From Eukaryota sp. GEM-RC1 (Eukaryota), in contig JAUFOQ010000004.1 in NCBI GenBank assembly GCA_040285855.1, positions 2,480,001 through 2,544,000 on the forward strand: a stretch of 64,000 bases of DNA, written 5' to 3'. The notes under the pieces were generated by a model. It saw nothing but the letters and a program-made list of their open reading frames with translations. It made no database searches and was not told where the DNA came from. Every line of letters starts with the position of its first letter. Within the stretch, counting starts at the first letter, position 1. Shown here in pieces: positions 1 to 12,656 of the stretch. Position numbers and translations under genes: made by a program.

Positions 1-460
1 CAGGAAATTATCATGGATTTCACGACTGTTGATCCTTGTATTTCAAGATCAATTTCCAAAATTTTTGATGATGATTTTTCTGCTCTGGAAGTGGCTGAAA
101 AAGGAAAAAATACAAAGTACTGTCACTTAATTAACCAATTGAATGTTGACAGGTGCAATTCTTTTGTGTTTCAACCTTTTGCGATGTCGATATACGGTAA
201 TATCGGACCAGCTGCACAAGGTTTTTTAACCTCCTTTGGTAAATTGTGTTCTGAGTACGGTAAAGTTTTCAATGAAAATTTTTGGTTGAGTAGGTTAACG
301 TTTACGTTGTTTCGTTCAATGCACAAATATCTTAATTCAATTTTAGGTAAGTTGTTCGGTGATGGACAGAAGGATTATAGTTTAGATACTTTAGTTAGTG
401 TCTGTTAGTTATTAACTTCTGCAAATGCATTTATTTCACTGACTGATCATAAACCCCGTT
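1..460 (+). mobile_element. CRE-like non-LTR retrotransposon, family B, 3' fragment (restriction-like endonuclease end + 3' UTR)
   Basis: ORF 13..408 MDFTTVDPC...EVAEKGKNTKY...FQPFAMSIYG is the PD-(D/E)xK-type RLE C-terminus; near-identical to 3607-4066. Confidence 0.8.
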
Positions 461-462
461 TT

Positions 463-740
463 TTTTGTGAAGATTGTAAAAGAAAAAACATCTAGAACTT
501 TTGATCTTGGATTTTGGAAAAGTCGAATTGTGTTTGCTATCTTTAAAGGTATGGTGACTTCTGTATCTAGCGCTTTATTATCTCTTGGCAGACATTTTGA
601 GGAGATGGTAGGTGAGAATTTCCAGATAGGCAATCTGGACTTTGAGAGGATATTGATTATTACTTTTACGGTTTTTATAGAACAAAAACACTAAAATAAA
701 CACAAATACTAGAACATATTGATTATTAGATGTATGTAGT
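463..740 (+). mobile_element. CRE-like family A, 3' tail
   Basis: VKIVKEKTSRTFDLGFWKSRIVFAIFKGM matches family A copies at 35734-36402 and 54662-54970. Confidence 0.75.
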
Positions 741-769
741 GTTGATGTCATTAAATATAAATCCAATTT

Positions 770-905
770 TTTATGGAACAAAAACACTAAAATAAACACA
801 AATACTAGAACTCAATATCATTAAAGCAACAATCATTGCCATTAAAACTCACATCAGCTTTTTCTTCATAAAAAACACTGAGAGCCAATAGAGCTTTTGA
901 AATCA
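770..905 (-). mobile_element. CRE-like family D, 3' tail
   Basis: Minus strand reads ALLALSVFYEEKADVSFNGNDCCFNDIEF* + 3' UTR; also at 4376-4511, 40105-40200, 61021-61160. Confidence 0.7.
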
Positions 906-911
906 GAAGAA

Positions 912-1529
912 ACTTTATTCGGCACCCAATAAGGTAACCTTCCTACAAAACTATGAAATTGTAAAAACAAACAAATAATACTAAGATTAAATCCAAACGA
1001 CTTCATCACCACGCGGTAAAAGATTACGTTTATCAACATTAACCTTCACACCAAACTTGTACAATTTCTCAATTAATCTAGAGAAATAGAAAGGCATGTT
1101 CCGATATAAGGAAAACACTATACGGTTTTTCCATTCAGCCATTCTAAACTTACGCTTCTTTTCTTTACACAATTCATCGAAATCCTTGAAAAATTGATCA
1201 CCAGCAGGACTAATAGATCCAAAAAGAGAAACAGCAAAAGGTTGAAACACAAATTTGGAATATGAGTTTCTATTTAATTCTTCTACTTGAGAGTCATACT
1301 TGGAGTGTTTGAGCTTTTCAGCTGCTGTTAATGGATTAAAAGAAGAATCTAATATCCTACTAACACAAGATTTGTTACATACATCTACTGTAGTAAAATC
1401 CATTAATGATTGACTCGATTTAAGCCACGGAGTATGTAGATCCCCTCTTTTTGATCAGTAAATTCATTTTCTGAAAGATGATTCAAAACTGGTTCAACTT
1501 TAGAGTGCAAACCATGTGCTTTAAACATG
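912..1529 (-). mobile_element. CRE-like family C, 3' fragment
   Basis: ORF 987..1403 MDFTTVDVC...AAEKLKHSKY...FQPFAVSLFG; same as 4593..5009. Confidence 0.8.
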
Positions 1530-1549
1530 AATATATATTGATCATATGT

Positions 1550-1745
1550 TATGGTTGAATCGGATCGTTTTTACTGTTTTTAAAACAGTTCCCCTAATCA
1601 TCTCCAAAGCTTTATTAGCAGTGAGTTCGTTTTATGAGGACAAAGCTGTTATAAGGTTTGATAGCGACGGGTGTTGTTTTAATGATATCAAAGTCTAGTT
1701 GTTTGATCTATTACATTTATAATAAAAAAAATATATTAAAAAAAA
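1550..1745 (+). mobile_element. CRE-like family G, 3' tail with A-rich end
   Basis: WLNRIVFTVFKTVPLIISKALLAVSSFYEDKAVIRFDSDGCCFNDIKV* then aataaaaaaaa. Confidence 0.6.
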
Positions 1746-2489
1746 ATAAAAACGTATTTTAAAAAAGATAATGGACTTTCTGGATTGATTTTTCAAATTC
1801 CTAAGGTGTTTGGATTACATTTATCTGATGATGCTTAGATGATCAGTATGTGTCTTCGATTAGCTATCATGCCTGCAAATTGATTAAACATTTTAACTTG
1901 CTCTTTTGTGGAGTTTGACGGTGTTTTTCGTCATTTAATACATTGTCGTAGCGTAGTGTCGGAGGTGTTTCGAGGTGTTTAAAACAATTTGAAGTTATTA
2001 TGTTAACATAAGTTTGAGTGTGGATCCAATGTTGTAGCACCATCAATATCAATATTGACTGGAAGCAATAAAACGTGATTCTTGCTGTTCCAGATTTAAA
2101 GCACGTGTGTTTCTCTCCAAAGTTAAAAACACCTTTCAGAAAATCAATTTTGAGATCAAAAGGGGATTTTCATACTCAGTGGTTCAACTTGAGTCAAACA
2201 TTAATGGGTTTTGCTACAGTTGCTGTTTGAAACAAATCGTGTATTGGTAGGATTTTAGAATCTCCATTTAGTCGGTTAAAAAAATTGAACATTACAATTG
2301 ACGGATGTTCACAAACCGTTTGGAAACAGTCGTGCTGTTGTGGTATTCCTGGTCTTGATGGAGCTTTCATTGTTACTGATGTTGTGTCTATCGATGTTTG
2401 AAATGATTACAACAAGCAACTTGCTAAATCTAGGGTTCGCAAACATACGGTGTGGCATTTTTTGTAACAAAATACTTTTTCTTTTGAAA

Positions 2490-3222
2490 TATTTGAAAGA
2501 TGTTTGACTAATCTTCAGTTTTGTCTGAAAAAATTGCAACAGAAACTCACAAATATTTTTGAAAGCTTGGATTATAATGTTTTTATAAAAAATCCCGCTT
2601 TTGCAAATTTCTTAATGGATGTTTCTAATAGCTCTGTTTCATGTCGATTACTCAAATCCCTCAAGTCTACGGTCTTTTTCTTGATGATAACTCTTGGTCA
2701 TTAAACATGCGTTTACGTATATTTGGCCTGATAACCTTCCACATAATTTGAAATGCCAATGTGGGCAATCTGTAACACCTACACATTTATTGAATTATAA
2801 CCGTTTTATTTCTTTTTAGAAGTAAGGTTCATGGATTCAGTAAGGGATCAATTATATTGTATGTGTACATCTTATGGAATAGTTTCCTATTTAGAACCAG
2901 TTCTGGCTGGTTTGTTTGATGATACAGATGTTGACAAATCGTTTGGAAATAGCCGTGGTGATGTCATATTTCCTGGTCTCGATGGATCTTTCATTATTGC
3001 TGATGTTATGTCTATCGACATTTGTAATGGTTCCAACAAGAAACTTGCTAAATCTAACGCTAAAAACCCTCTGTTGATTGGTGAAAAATGTAAAAAAGAA
3101 AAAATATTGTGCTAAATTGAATTATTGAATTCGGTTTCACACTCGAATTACTTGTTGTACCCTTTTGTATTTTCACTGTACGGTTCTTTAGATGAATCTG
3201 CAACATCATTACTTGAAATCTT
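2490..3222 (+). mobile_element. CRE-like family A, thumb/zinc-knuckle/RLE fragment, interrupted by family B
   Basis: KCQCGQSVTPTHLLN...HDSVRDQLY...EPVL...RGD...DVMSID; resumes at about 4070. Confidence 0.8.
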
Positions 3223-4070
3223 TTTGTGCTTTTTTTGAATGATATTTCTTCAAGCGCTGCGTCTTCTTTTGTTTCTCGTTTGCCAAGAAAATTTTGTTTT
3301 AATCTTAAGGATCATGAATAGCTTATAAACATGAGACTTAGGTTAGGTTTATGGCCTTCAGGTCTTTTGAAGCATTCTCCATGTCTTTGTGGTCGTTCAA
3401 AGGCTTCAAATTTTCATCATTTGGTTAACTGTCATCAATTTATTCATTTTCGATCAATTATTCACAACAGTATCCGGGACACATGCTTGGATATGTTTAA
3501 GGCTAATGGTTTTCATGGAAAAATTGAACCTTTACTTGCTAATCTTTCTGATCAGCCAAAAGTTGATAGAAGTCGTGGTGATTTGATTGGTCCTTGGTTA
3601 TCTTGTCAGGAAATTATCATGGATTTCACGACTGTTGATCCTTGTATTTCAAGATCAATTTCCAAAATTTTTGATGATGATTTTTCTGCTCTTGAAGTGG
3701 CTGAAAAAGGAAAAAATACAAAGTACTGTCACTTAATTAACCAATTGAATGTTGACAGGTGCAATTCTTTTGTGTTTCAACCTTTTGCGATGTCGATATA
3801 CGGTAATATCGGACCAGCTGCACAAGGTTTTTTAACCTCCTTTGGTAAATTGTGTTCTGAGTACGGTAAAGTTTTCAATGAAAATTTTTGGTTGAGTAGG
3901 TTAACGTTTACGTTGTTTCGTTCAATGCACAAATATCTTAATTCAATTTTAGGTAAGTTGTTCGGTGATGGACAGAAGGATTATAGTTTAGATACTTTAG
4001 TTAGTGTCTGTTAGTTATTAACTTCTGCAAATGCATTTATTTCACTGACTGATCATAAACCCCGTTTTTT
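3223..4070 (+). mobile_element. CRE-like family B, 5'-truncated copy nested in family A
   Basis: ORF 3331..4014 MRLRLG...CLCG...HLVNC...HNSIRD...EP...RGD...DFT...EKGKNTKY (knuckle + RLE). Confidence 0.85.
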
Positions 4071-4511
4071 TTGTGAAGATTGTAAAAGAAAAAACATCTA
4101 GAACTTTTGATCTTGGATTTTGGAAAAGTCGAATTGTGTTTGCTATCTTTAAAGGTATGGTGACTTCTGTATCTAGCGCTTTATTATCTCTTGGCAGACA
4201 TTTTGAGGAGATGGTAGGTGAGAATTTCCAGATAGGCAATCTGGACTTTGAGAGGATATTGATTATTACTTTTACGGTTTTTATAGAACAAAAACACTAA
4301 AATAAACACAAATACTAGAACATATTGATTATTAGATGTATGTAGTGTTGATGTCATTAAATATAAATCCAATTTTTTATGGAACAAAAACACTAAAATA
4401 AACACAAATACTAGAACTCAATATCATTAAAGCAACAATCATTGCCATTAAAACTCACATCAGCTTTTTCTTCATAAAAAACACTGAGAGCCAATAGAGC
4501 TTTTGAAATCA
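4070..4511. mobile_element. Family A tail (+) followed by family D tail (-)
   Basis: Duplicate of 463-905. Confidence 0.75.
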
Positions 4512-4517
4512 GAAGAA

Positions 4518-6245
4518 ACTTTATTCGGCACCCAATAAGGTAACCTTCCTACAAAACTATGAAATTGTAAAAACAAACAAATAATACTAAGATTAAATCC
4601 AAACGACTTCATCACCACGCGGTAAAAGATTACGTTTATCAACATTAACCTTCACACCAAACTTGTACAATTTCTCAATTAATCTAGAGAAATAGAAAGG
4701 CATGTTCCGATATAAGGAAAACACTATACGGTTTTTCCATTCAGCCATTCTAAACTTACGCTTCTTTTCTTTACACAATTCATCGAAATCCTTGAAAAAT
4801 TGATCACCAGCAGGACTAATAGATCCAAAAAGAGAAACAGCAAAAGGTTGAAACACAAATTTGGAATATGAGTTTCTATTTAATTCTTCTACTTGAGAGT
4901 CATACTTGGAGTGTTTGAGCTTTTCAGCTGCTGTTAATGGATTAAAAGAAGAATCTAATATCCTACTAACACAAGATTTGTTACATACATCTACTGTAGT
5001 AAAATCCATTAATGATTGACTCGATTTAAGCCACGGAGTATGTAGATCCCCTCTTTTTGATCAGTAAATTCATTTTCTGAAAAATGATTCAAAACTGGTT
5101 CAACTTTAGAGTGAAAACCATGTGCTTTAAACATGGAATAACAAGAATCACGTACACCATCATGAATTACTACACGTAGATGAATAAAATAACGACAATT
5201 AATTAAATGACGAAAAACACCATTAGCTCCACAAGAGCAAGTTGAATAGTTTAATAAATTTGCAGGCCAAATAGCCAAACGAAGACGCATATTGATCATC
5301 CAAGCTTCATCAGATAGATGTAATCCCAACACCTTAGCAATTTGAGAAATGAATCCAGAAAGTCCACTATTACAAATGTCAATTAAAACAGCAGCGAACT
5401 CGGGACTATTAGTTTTAGCCAAGCTAATACGATTATTAAAGTCCAAGAGTTCAAACTCCTTGTCAATTTATTTTGCAGCTTACATACAGCAGACGGCAGA
5501 GATGCAATATTTTTAAAGGAGTCTCCTTCAAATGAGCAGGGAACAAAGATTCCCACATTTCAGGAGACAAAGATGATACCAAATCTTTAGCAGATTGAAT
5601 CCAACGGCAATTACTGGAATTCAACAGATTGATTCCATCCAAGGGAAACCATTTCAAAAATTCAAACATAAAATTCTTAACACCTCCTAAAAGAGCAGAT
5701 TTTCTGATGATTTTTGCATGGGTGAAACCTACTCCTGCGAATTCAGAAGAATAAAAAGCATGAAATGGAATCTTAGACTCATCAATTTCAGCCAAGTTAG
5801 AGAGAAAATTTGTTCTAATAGAATTAAATTTCTTGGCAAATGTTTCAGTAAGGGAATAGTCTAATGAACGTAGAAAATGATTAATTTTCCCGGAAAAACA
5901 GACCTGAAGCATAGCAAAGGAAACATGTTTGCTCACATCTAAAGATAATATTTGATTTAGTTTTTCTTCGATTGTAGTTAATGAACTCTCCAATTCTGCA
6001 TGAATTTTCTCATAATTTCCCAAAAACGTGCCAAGGAAACGAAAACATTGAGTAGAATAATCGATGATAGGAATATTACAAAAACCAAGATTAGCAACAT
6101 TCGAAGACTTAACAACAAGAAAACACTTATCAAAATTAATTGTTAAACCAATACTCAAAGAAAGTTCAATGAAACGTGAAAAACACTTTTTGAGAACGTC
6201 AACTGGAGCGATCAGCGAAGAATCATCAGCATAAGCACAAATTTT
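4518..6245 (-). mobile_element. CRE-like family C, from the RT YADD motif to the 3' end (frameshifted)
   Basis: KICAYADDSSLIAP at about 6200-6245, then ORFs 5463..6158, 5009..5446 (CSCG...HLINC...HDGVRD...EP) and 4593..5009. Confidence 0.85.
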
Positions 6246-9200
6246 AACAGTTGGAAATAATATGTCTTTGATGATATCGAGTAATCAAAGTAGAAGCCTC
6301 ATCACTAGAAATGTCTTTCAAAAAAACACAAAAAGCGGGACTCTCGATTTTAGCCAAGCTAATACGATTGTTAAAGTCCAAGCTTTCATGATAGTTGATA
6401 AATTGCTTCTGCAATTTACGGACACATAGTGGTAAGGAGAACACACTTCTTTGAGGGATCTCAGTAACAGATATGGGGAAAAGAGACGCCCATATATCAG
6501 CATCAAGGTTCTCAATCTGATCTTGGACTAATTAATCATGAACACTGAATGTTGTAGTCCATTGATGATCATTCAACAACAAACCATAAATCTAAGGAAT
6601 TTGGTTAATCAAAGCAACTGAAGAACTGTTCTTCAAATCGATTAAAAATTGGCGAACGCTGGATTTTTTTCTTTGGCCGAGCCAAGTCGAATTTTAAAAT
6701 CCAGACATTCAAAATGTTTTAACAGTTGTTTTTGGAGTTTCTTAAGAGCAAATTTTAAAGAGATGGCACATCGTTCTGGTATTTCACAGATATCTGCTGG
6801 AAAACAAGTTTGACAGAGGTCAGGTCAAATTAGCGACAATTCTGATCTCAAATTTACCAAGAAAAAACTACTTGTACGTCTACAGAACTCAAATACAAAT
6901 TTCTTACCACCACCAATGAAAGCAGATTTGGTCCACCATTTAGACGAAGTGAAACCAATACCACCAAGAAGAGGATCTGAGAAGATGTGATTGTTCAATG
7001 CAGTACTGATAACAAAAATGCAAGAAAGTCAGTACGAATTTTGTTAAAGCTTCTACAGAAGTTATAGGTAAGTACAGGGGGTAGAGAGAGAAGCAGATGA
7101 GTAGCTTTTCCTGAATAACAAATGTTTATCTTGAAGAATTTGAGATGTTTTTCTAATTGCAGTTCCTTAATTTGATCTGGTTCTTTTCATATTGAATCCA
7201 AATATACATTCAGATCTTTAACAATGTTGTCATGTGTACCAAGATAGCAACCTAGAAATCTAAAACATGAAGATAAGTAGTTCACAAAAGGAAACTCTAG
7301 AGAATTCACAATAAAAGTTACAGGTGCCTTGGCAATCAAAAAACATTTTTGCACATTTAATTGAAGTCCAATAGCATCAGACAAATCAGCAGCCTGATTC
7401 GCAATCATAGGAAGAGTTGACATAGGAGCAATAAAAGAAACGTCATCCATATAAGCTACAATGTCTAAGTCTGCATGTTCTTCTTTGAGTTTTTTCAGGA
7501 TTGGACGAATAGCCAAACAAAAAAAGGAGGGGCCAAGAGGATCTCCTTGTTTAACACCAGAAACAGAATTAAGAACAAATGAATTAAAAACCAAGTCAGA
7601 AGAGTGACCATAAAAACAATGAAAAAAGGTCCCTAATTCAGGAAAACTCTTTTCCAATTCAGAACAAATGGCAGATCGTTTAACAGAATTAAAAGCATTC
7701 TTAAAATCCAAATTGAAAATGCAATTATTTTCAACTGTATTGAAGAAAACATCAGAAGACAGAGCAGCCACAGAAGCACCATCAATGGTTTTAATGCCTT
7801 ATTGATAAGGTGAAAAAATAATCCTTGGTTTTGTTGGAAATTCTTCCAAAGACAACAGAAGCAAACAGACTGTAAATAGCTTCACCGACAGCAACATGGC
7901 ATTTTTCTTGTTAGGCTTAATCAGAGCAACCAAACGAGAAGCAGACAACTCTTTAGGAAGAACAACCTTCGATAACAAAACATTGTTGAAAAAGAGACAT
8001 AAATCTTCAACAATAAGTGAATTTTGACGTGAAACAGATTTGAGCATATCAAAAGAAATACCTGAAGGTTTAGGAGCTTTTCCTGAAGGGAGTTTTAAAA
8101 TACAACTCATCAACTCTAATGGGGTTTTCTTTCCAATACAAAGAAGGCATAGACAGGCTTGACAGGAGAAAATTTTTCCAATGGATGAAGAGCCTGAAGT
8201 TGAGAAACAGTATCCTCAGAAACAGGAGCAAGATCTGATGAAAATATGGCATTCTTAGCTGAACCAGACCTACCTCGAAGAAGTTGTTGACGTACAACTT
8301 TTTCCTTTGGTAATTTCTTTGGAGCACACACTTTCTTAGGGCGAGTGCAGGATTGAGATTGTTTCTCAAGAAAGAACTTCCAGATGTGAAGAACATCCCA
8401 AGAACCTAGTGAAAGCGCAAGAGTAAAAGACCGAAAAGCAATAGAAAAAGGAATGGAACCTGAGTTGATTGGGCTGAGTTGATTCGGAATTTTCACAGGA
8501 GGTCGAAGAGTATCAACAGAAAGACAATCTCCACAAATCAATTAAGTATTTTTAATTAAGCAAGACCAGAAAGTGTTTTGCAAAAATCACATTCATTGGA
8601 CCGACCAAATTTTGCAAAAGAATTATCAGAAAGAGGCTGGAGGTTGTCTTCTGCCGTAACCTCAGAAGTGACAGTCAGATTGTCTACAACAATAGAGACT
8701 TCTGCAATGGCAGCCGACAGGGAATCAGGAATTTTAGGTAAATCAAAATTTGGACATACTATCTGATTTTTTCTGTGACCTAATTGACCACAAGAAGAAC
8801 AGTTAGGTAGAGCTCTTTTTCGAATTGGCTGAGAAGCAGGTATCGCAACTTCAGGAGAAGATTTGATGGAAGTGGAAGCAGAGTTAGACTCAGAGAAGAC
8901 ATCAGAAAAAGAAGAAGTATTAGAGGGAACAAAAGTGGGATTAGAAGAACAAAGAGGCAGAGAATCTGGCAACTCATCTGGCCGTGAAGCTAGAACCTTA
9001 CTGACAAGAGGGCTAACAGGAAATACAGACTCTGAAACACGACACATAGAATCACCAGAAGAAGAAAGAGGACTTACGGAAAGAGCAGAAGAGGGAGTCA
9101 CAGCAGAATTACTGCTAACCAAGGAAATCCGAGTAAATGGACGCACAAGTGGGGCTGAAGGACGACTTAGAGCAAAAGATGGAGTACCCATCTTATCGCA

Positions 9201-9315
9201 AGCTTAGCCGCTATGCATGGTGACATTTTTGGTGTCCTGTTCCTTGGTTTGTTAGGGAAGACGAAGACTGCCAGAAATTCTGGCAGAACTTCCTATCATG
9301 AAGTTGGAAAAAAAA
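6246..9315 (-). mobile_element. CRE-like family E, 5' part: Ser/Pro-rich N-terminus, zinc knuckle and reverse transcriptase (degenerate; RLE missing)
   Basis: CSSCGQLGHRKNQIVCP; SRLVALIKP; LDFKNAFNSV; GVKQGDPLGP; YMDD; FRFLG. Confidence 0.85.
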
Positions 9316-10400
9316 GAGCTATTAGTAACATCCGTTAAGAAATTTGCAAAATCGGGATTTTTTTCCTTGACAGTGCCAAGTCGAACATTATAATCCAAGC
9401 TTTCTTAAATATTTGTTAGTTTTTGTTGTAATTTTTCCAGAATCTGTGCTGAAATACCTGAAAAATGATTGACTAATCTTCAGTTCTGTTTGAAAACACT
9501 GAGACGAAACGTCAAAAGGTAATTTAATCAGCGCTTCGTTTAAGTCAAATAAATATTTACATGAATTTGGGTTAATAAGTGAAATATCATTAGGCAATCG
9601 ATTAACAAATTCAAAAATGAAATTTTTTCCACCGCCTAAAAAAAGCAGATTTGCAAAGAATTGAAGATTTGGTAAAATCAATACCTCCAAAATGAGCAGA
9701 AGTAAACAAATGACTTCTAAGTAACGTTAAATCAACCTCTAACACTGAAGCAAACAAAATTAATCCTCAACTCGTTAAAAGATCTACAAAAGTTCAGGGC
9801 GATTGAAGGAGCAGTAGATCTCAAAAGATGTGTGATTTTTCCGGAGTAAAAAATTTTAAAATAAAAAACTTAATATGTTTTTCAATATCATATGAAGAAA
9901 TTGTGTTCTGAACCAATTTTTTCCAAACAATTCTGATACTTCTTGAGAAATTTTAGGAACATTCCCAAGCCAACATCCTAGAAAACGAAAAGCGTCTTAA
10001 ACGTAATTACTAAATGGAATCTGAACTCCATTAATAAATAATTCTTGTGTAGATCTACCAATTAATAAACATTTTTCTGGGTTCAGAGATAAACCTAATG
10101 TTTCATAAACATCAGCAACTTCCACAGCGACCTTTTTTAATAATTGAAGGGGACCAATAATAGAAATATCATCAATATAGCGAACTATCTTAAGGTCTGG
10201 GTATTTTTTTAAAATACACAAAAGCGAATCATGAATAGCCAAACAAAAGAAAAGAGGACCAAGAATATCTCCTTGTTTAACACCAGACATAGATTTCAAT
10301 GAATATGAATCATAAATTAAATCGCTTGGTTTTCCAAAAAATTGAACAAATTGGTCCGCAAATTGGAAACAGCAAAGGGCATAATTCGTATTCAACATGT
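9316..10400 (-). mobile_element. CRE-like family A, RT/thumb fragment
   Basis: GVKQGDILGPLFFCLAIHD, YIDD; the FEFVNRLPNDISLINPNSCKY segment is shared with the family A copy at 53810-55035. Confidence 0.8.
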
Positions 10401-10459
10401 TTTACATGTTTTAAAGCCATCAATGGTTTCTTGTACTTATCCTGTTTGGCTTGTTCAGA

Positions 10460-10870
10460 AATGTCAAATTTCTTGTTCATTCTTTTTTTGACAACTTTCT
10501 CAAAATCGGAGAGAAAACAAAGAGCATCTCTACCAAGTCGACCATAAATTCAAATTGCAAAAGGACATAATTTGTACTCAACATGTCCAGTATGTTTGAG
10601 AGAAGTCAATGGTACATCGCATTTGTTTCTCTTGTATTGTTCTGAAAACTCAAGTGGAGACACTTCATTTTTAGCATCCTCGAATGCACTTTTTTTGCAA
10701 GCATCCACAGTAATCACATCAACAACGGTTAGTTCATCATTGACTGATGGATCTATGACATCAGCTCTTTTTTTACCAAAATCCTTATTATAATCACTAT
10801 TTTTTGAATAATTGATTTCCAGAGATCTCAACAGTGGCTAAAATGTTTCAGAAGAGGTTCAATTTCAGAA
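10460..10870 (-). mobile_element. CRE-like family D, RLE fragment
   Basis: KRADVI...VDVITVDAC...SEQYKRNK...PFAI; DALCFLSDFEKVVKKRMNKKFD shared with 61205-61280. Confidence 0.7.
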
Positions 10871-11032
10871 CAGTACTAGTAGTTAGAAAACGTAATTGCC
10901 AGATCGAAAACCAGTAATTGTTTTCAATAAAATACATTTATTCACAATAATAATGGTACTATCCGACTTAATATACGACTTTTATATAACTACAAAGTAG
11001 TTAATACATATATACTCATTTAGAACAGACAA

Positions 11033-11986
11033 TTAATAATACAGTAATTCCATCAAATAATTAACGGAATCTTGTTCTTGATCACCCTGCTTCTCGTAAA
11101 ACTTTTGCATTAAAGACAGAACAGTTTCTAATTCAATAAATTGAGCATCGCCTACAACTTCATGAACAGAAAGTTGTCCTTGACTTTGGACATCTTCAAG
11201 AAAATTCTTCAAAATTTCACCAACTTTAGAATATATTCGAATGCAGTTTTCGTTTTCGTTTTCTAAATCAAAACAGTGTCCAATGTAGAACAAAGGAATA
11301 GCTGAAGCAAACCCGAGAAGACCAAAAGATAGAGAAGAAAAATAGACAGATTTTGAAAAGAATTTCCTGGATTCAGACATGCTTTCTTGTTTTAAATATA
11401 GTTTACCAAACAGTAAATACAGTCGAGATTTCAGACTATTAACGGTCATTATAGTGGAATTTCCTTCATCAGTTTCAGGTTTAGCTTTGTGGAAGTGCTG
11501 GTAGAGGATCCATGAAGCTAGGAAAAGATACTCCTTCCCGTGGGAAAGTTGGTCTAGTCCAATGGACGCTTCTCCCAGTAACATGTAAGAAGGGACAACT
11601 TGCAAAGTTTGAGGTCCGTACTGAACCACAGAATTGTTGAGTGTCTGTAGGGCGGCAGAGATGGCTTTCGAGAACTGCTGAGAATGTAGAGCTTGGATGG
11701 CTTCCCTTGTACTGATTTCGATAACGGTTTCCCTAAGAGAGCAAACTTTAGAAGCATGTTCCTTGCGTTGGGATTCGGAGACCGCAGTTTTTGTGTGTTC
11801 ACGTAACTGACGGAGGTGGTCACAAATTAAGCAGTGAATTGATTCCTGGTCAAGATCACAATGTGCAACGGAACAATAGTAAGTCAGTTTGCAGAGGGAA
11901 CAGACTATACGAGCAGGTTTACTGCATAACTCACACTTGAAGTCAACACCTTTAGGAAGTGCAAGTGGATTGATGGTTGTTGACAT
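11033..11986 (-). CDS. ZMYND12: MYND zinc-finger/TPR-like protein, ZMYND12 orthologue (flagellar)
   Basis: N-terminus INPLALPKG..CELC..PA..VC..C..TYYC...H......IH..IC followed by a helical repeat region; intact 317 aa ORF. Confidence 0.8.
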   Translation of the reverse strand: MSTTINPLALPKGVDFKCELCSKPARIVCSLCKLTYYCSVAHCDLDQESIHCLICDHLRQLREHTKTAVSESQRKEHASKVCSLRETVIEISTREAIQALHSQQFSKAISAALQTLNNSVVQYGPQTLQVVPSYMLLGEASIGLDQLSHGKEYLFLASWILYQHFHKAKPETDEGNSTIMTVNSLKSRLYLLFGKLYLKQESMSESRKFFSKSVYFSSLSFGLLGFASAIPLFYIGHCFDLENENENCIRIYSKVGEILKNFLEDVQSQGQLSVHEVVGDAQFIELETVLSLMQKFYEKQGDQEQDSVNYLMELLYY

Positions 11987-12011
11987 TAGGTAATAGAAGA
12001 ACTAATTTGAG

Positions 12012-12647
12012 CAGGGCTTTTCATTCTCAATTGAGGTTGTTTGATGTAATTTTCCATTATTTCTATTGCAATATATTGGTATTGACTTTCGACCGTCAAT
12101 ATATTATTGATATTGATCAATATCTTGCAATATATTGACTTGAGATCGATACTAATTATCAGTGTAATTCACAGTATCATTCTTCTGAGTTCATAGATAT
12201 ATATCTCCTGTATTGAAAAACTTTATGAAAGTTTCTTCAATAGTTAACAAAATACCAAAATAGTAGTACACTAGTCTAGAGAGGATCATCATCAGCTCTT
12301 TCATTTAGCATGAAGTAGAACATCGATATTTCACTGTTGGTAAAAGTCATCAACAAGATCAGTTGAGTAGACTTAGGAAATTAAAACAGATTGACCACAA
12401 TGTTATGCGTTTGTACAATGTCACGTATCAGTTCAGTTTGCATTTTGTTGATAACAGCAGGTCATGTTTTGAGAGTTGTTGCTCAGTTGAGAGTAATTCC
12501 ACTGATACGGGATACGCAATCACAAAACCAGTGGTATCAATACATTGAAATATAATGGTATTGATTTTGGACGACCAATAACTTATTGATACAGTATTTC
12601 TTGCAATATATTGAGATAAATATAATGTTTATTTATGAAAAGCCCTG
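12012..12647. mobile_element. hAT-type MITE, 13-bp TIR
   Basis: CAGGGCTTTTCAT ... ATGAAAAGCCCTG; subterminal CAATATATTG repeats; no TSD seen. Confidence 0.75.
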
Positions 12648-12656
12648 GGTACATCT

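Larger units (their letters stand above)
1..1529. repeat. Direct segmental duplication, copy 1 (copy 2 at 3607-5135; offset 3606 bp)
   Basis: Near-identical sequence, including the B/A/D/C junctions; identical ORF sets at +3606. Confidence 0.95.

Noticed and set aside
8863..9207. Antisense or alternative-frame ORFs (e.g. 8863..9207, 14933..15379, 23023..23553, 59485..59904)
   Set aside because: Shadows of real or TE coding regions with no independent motifs.
4518..10870. One giant multi-RT retroelement
   Set aside because: Segments join mid-domain, and the same families recur elsewhere with different neighbours and orientations; nesting explains it.
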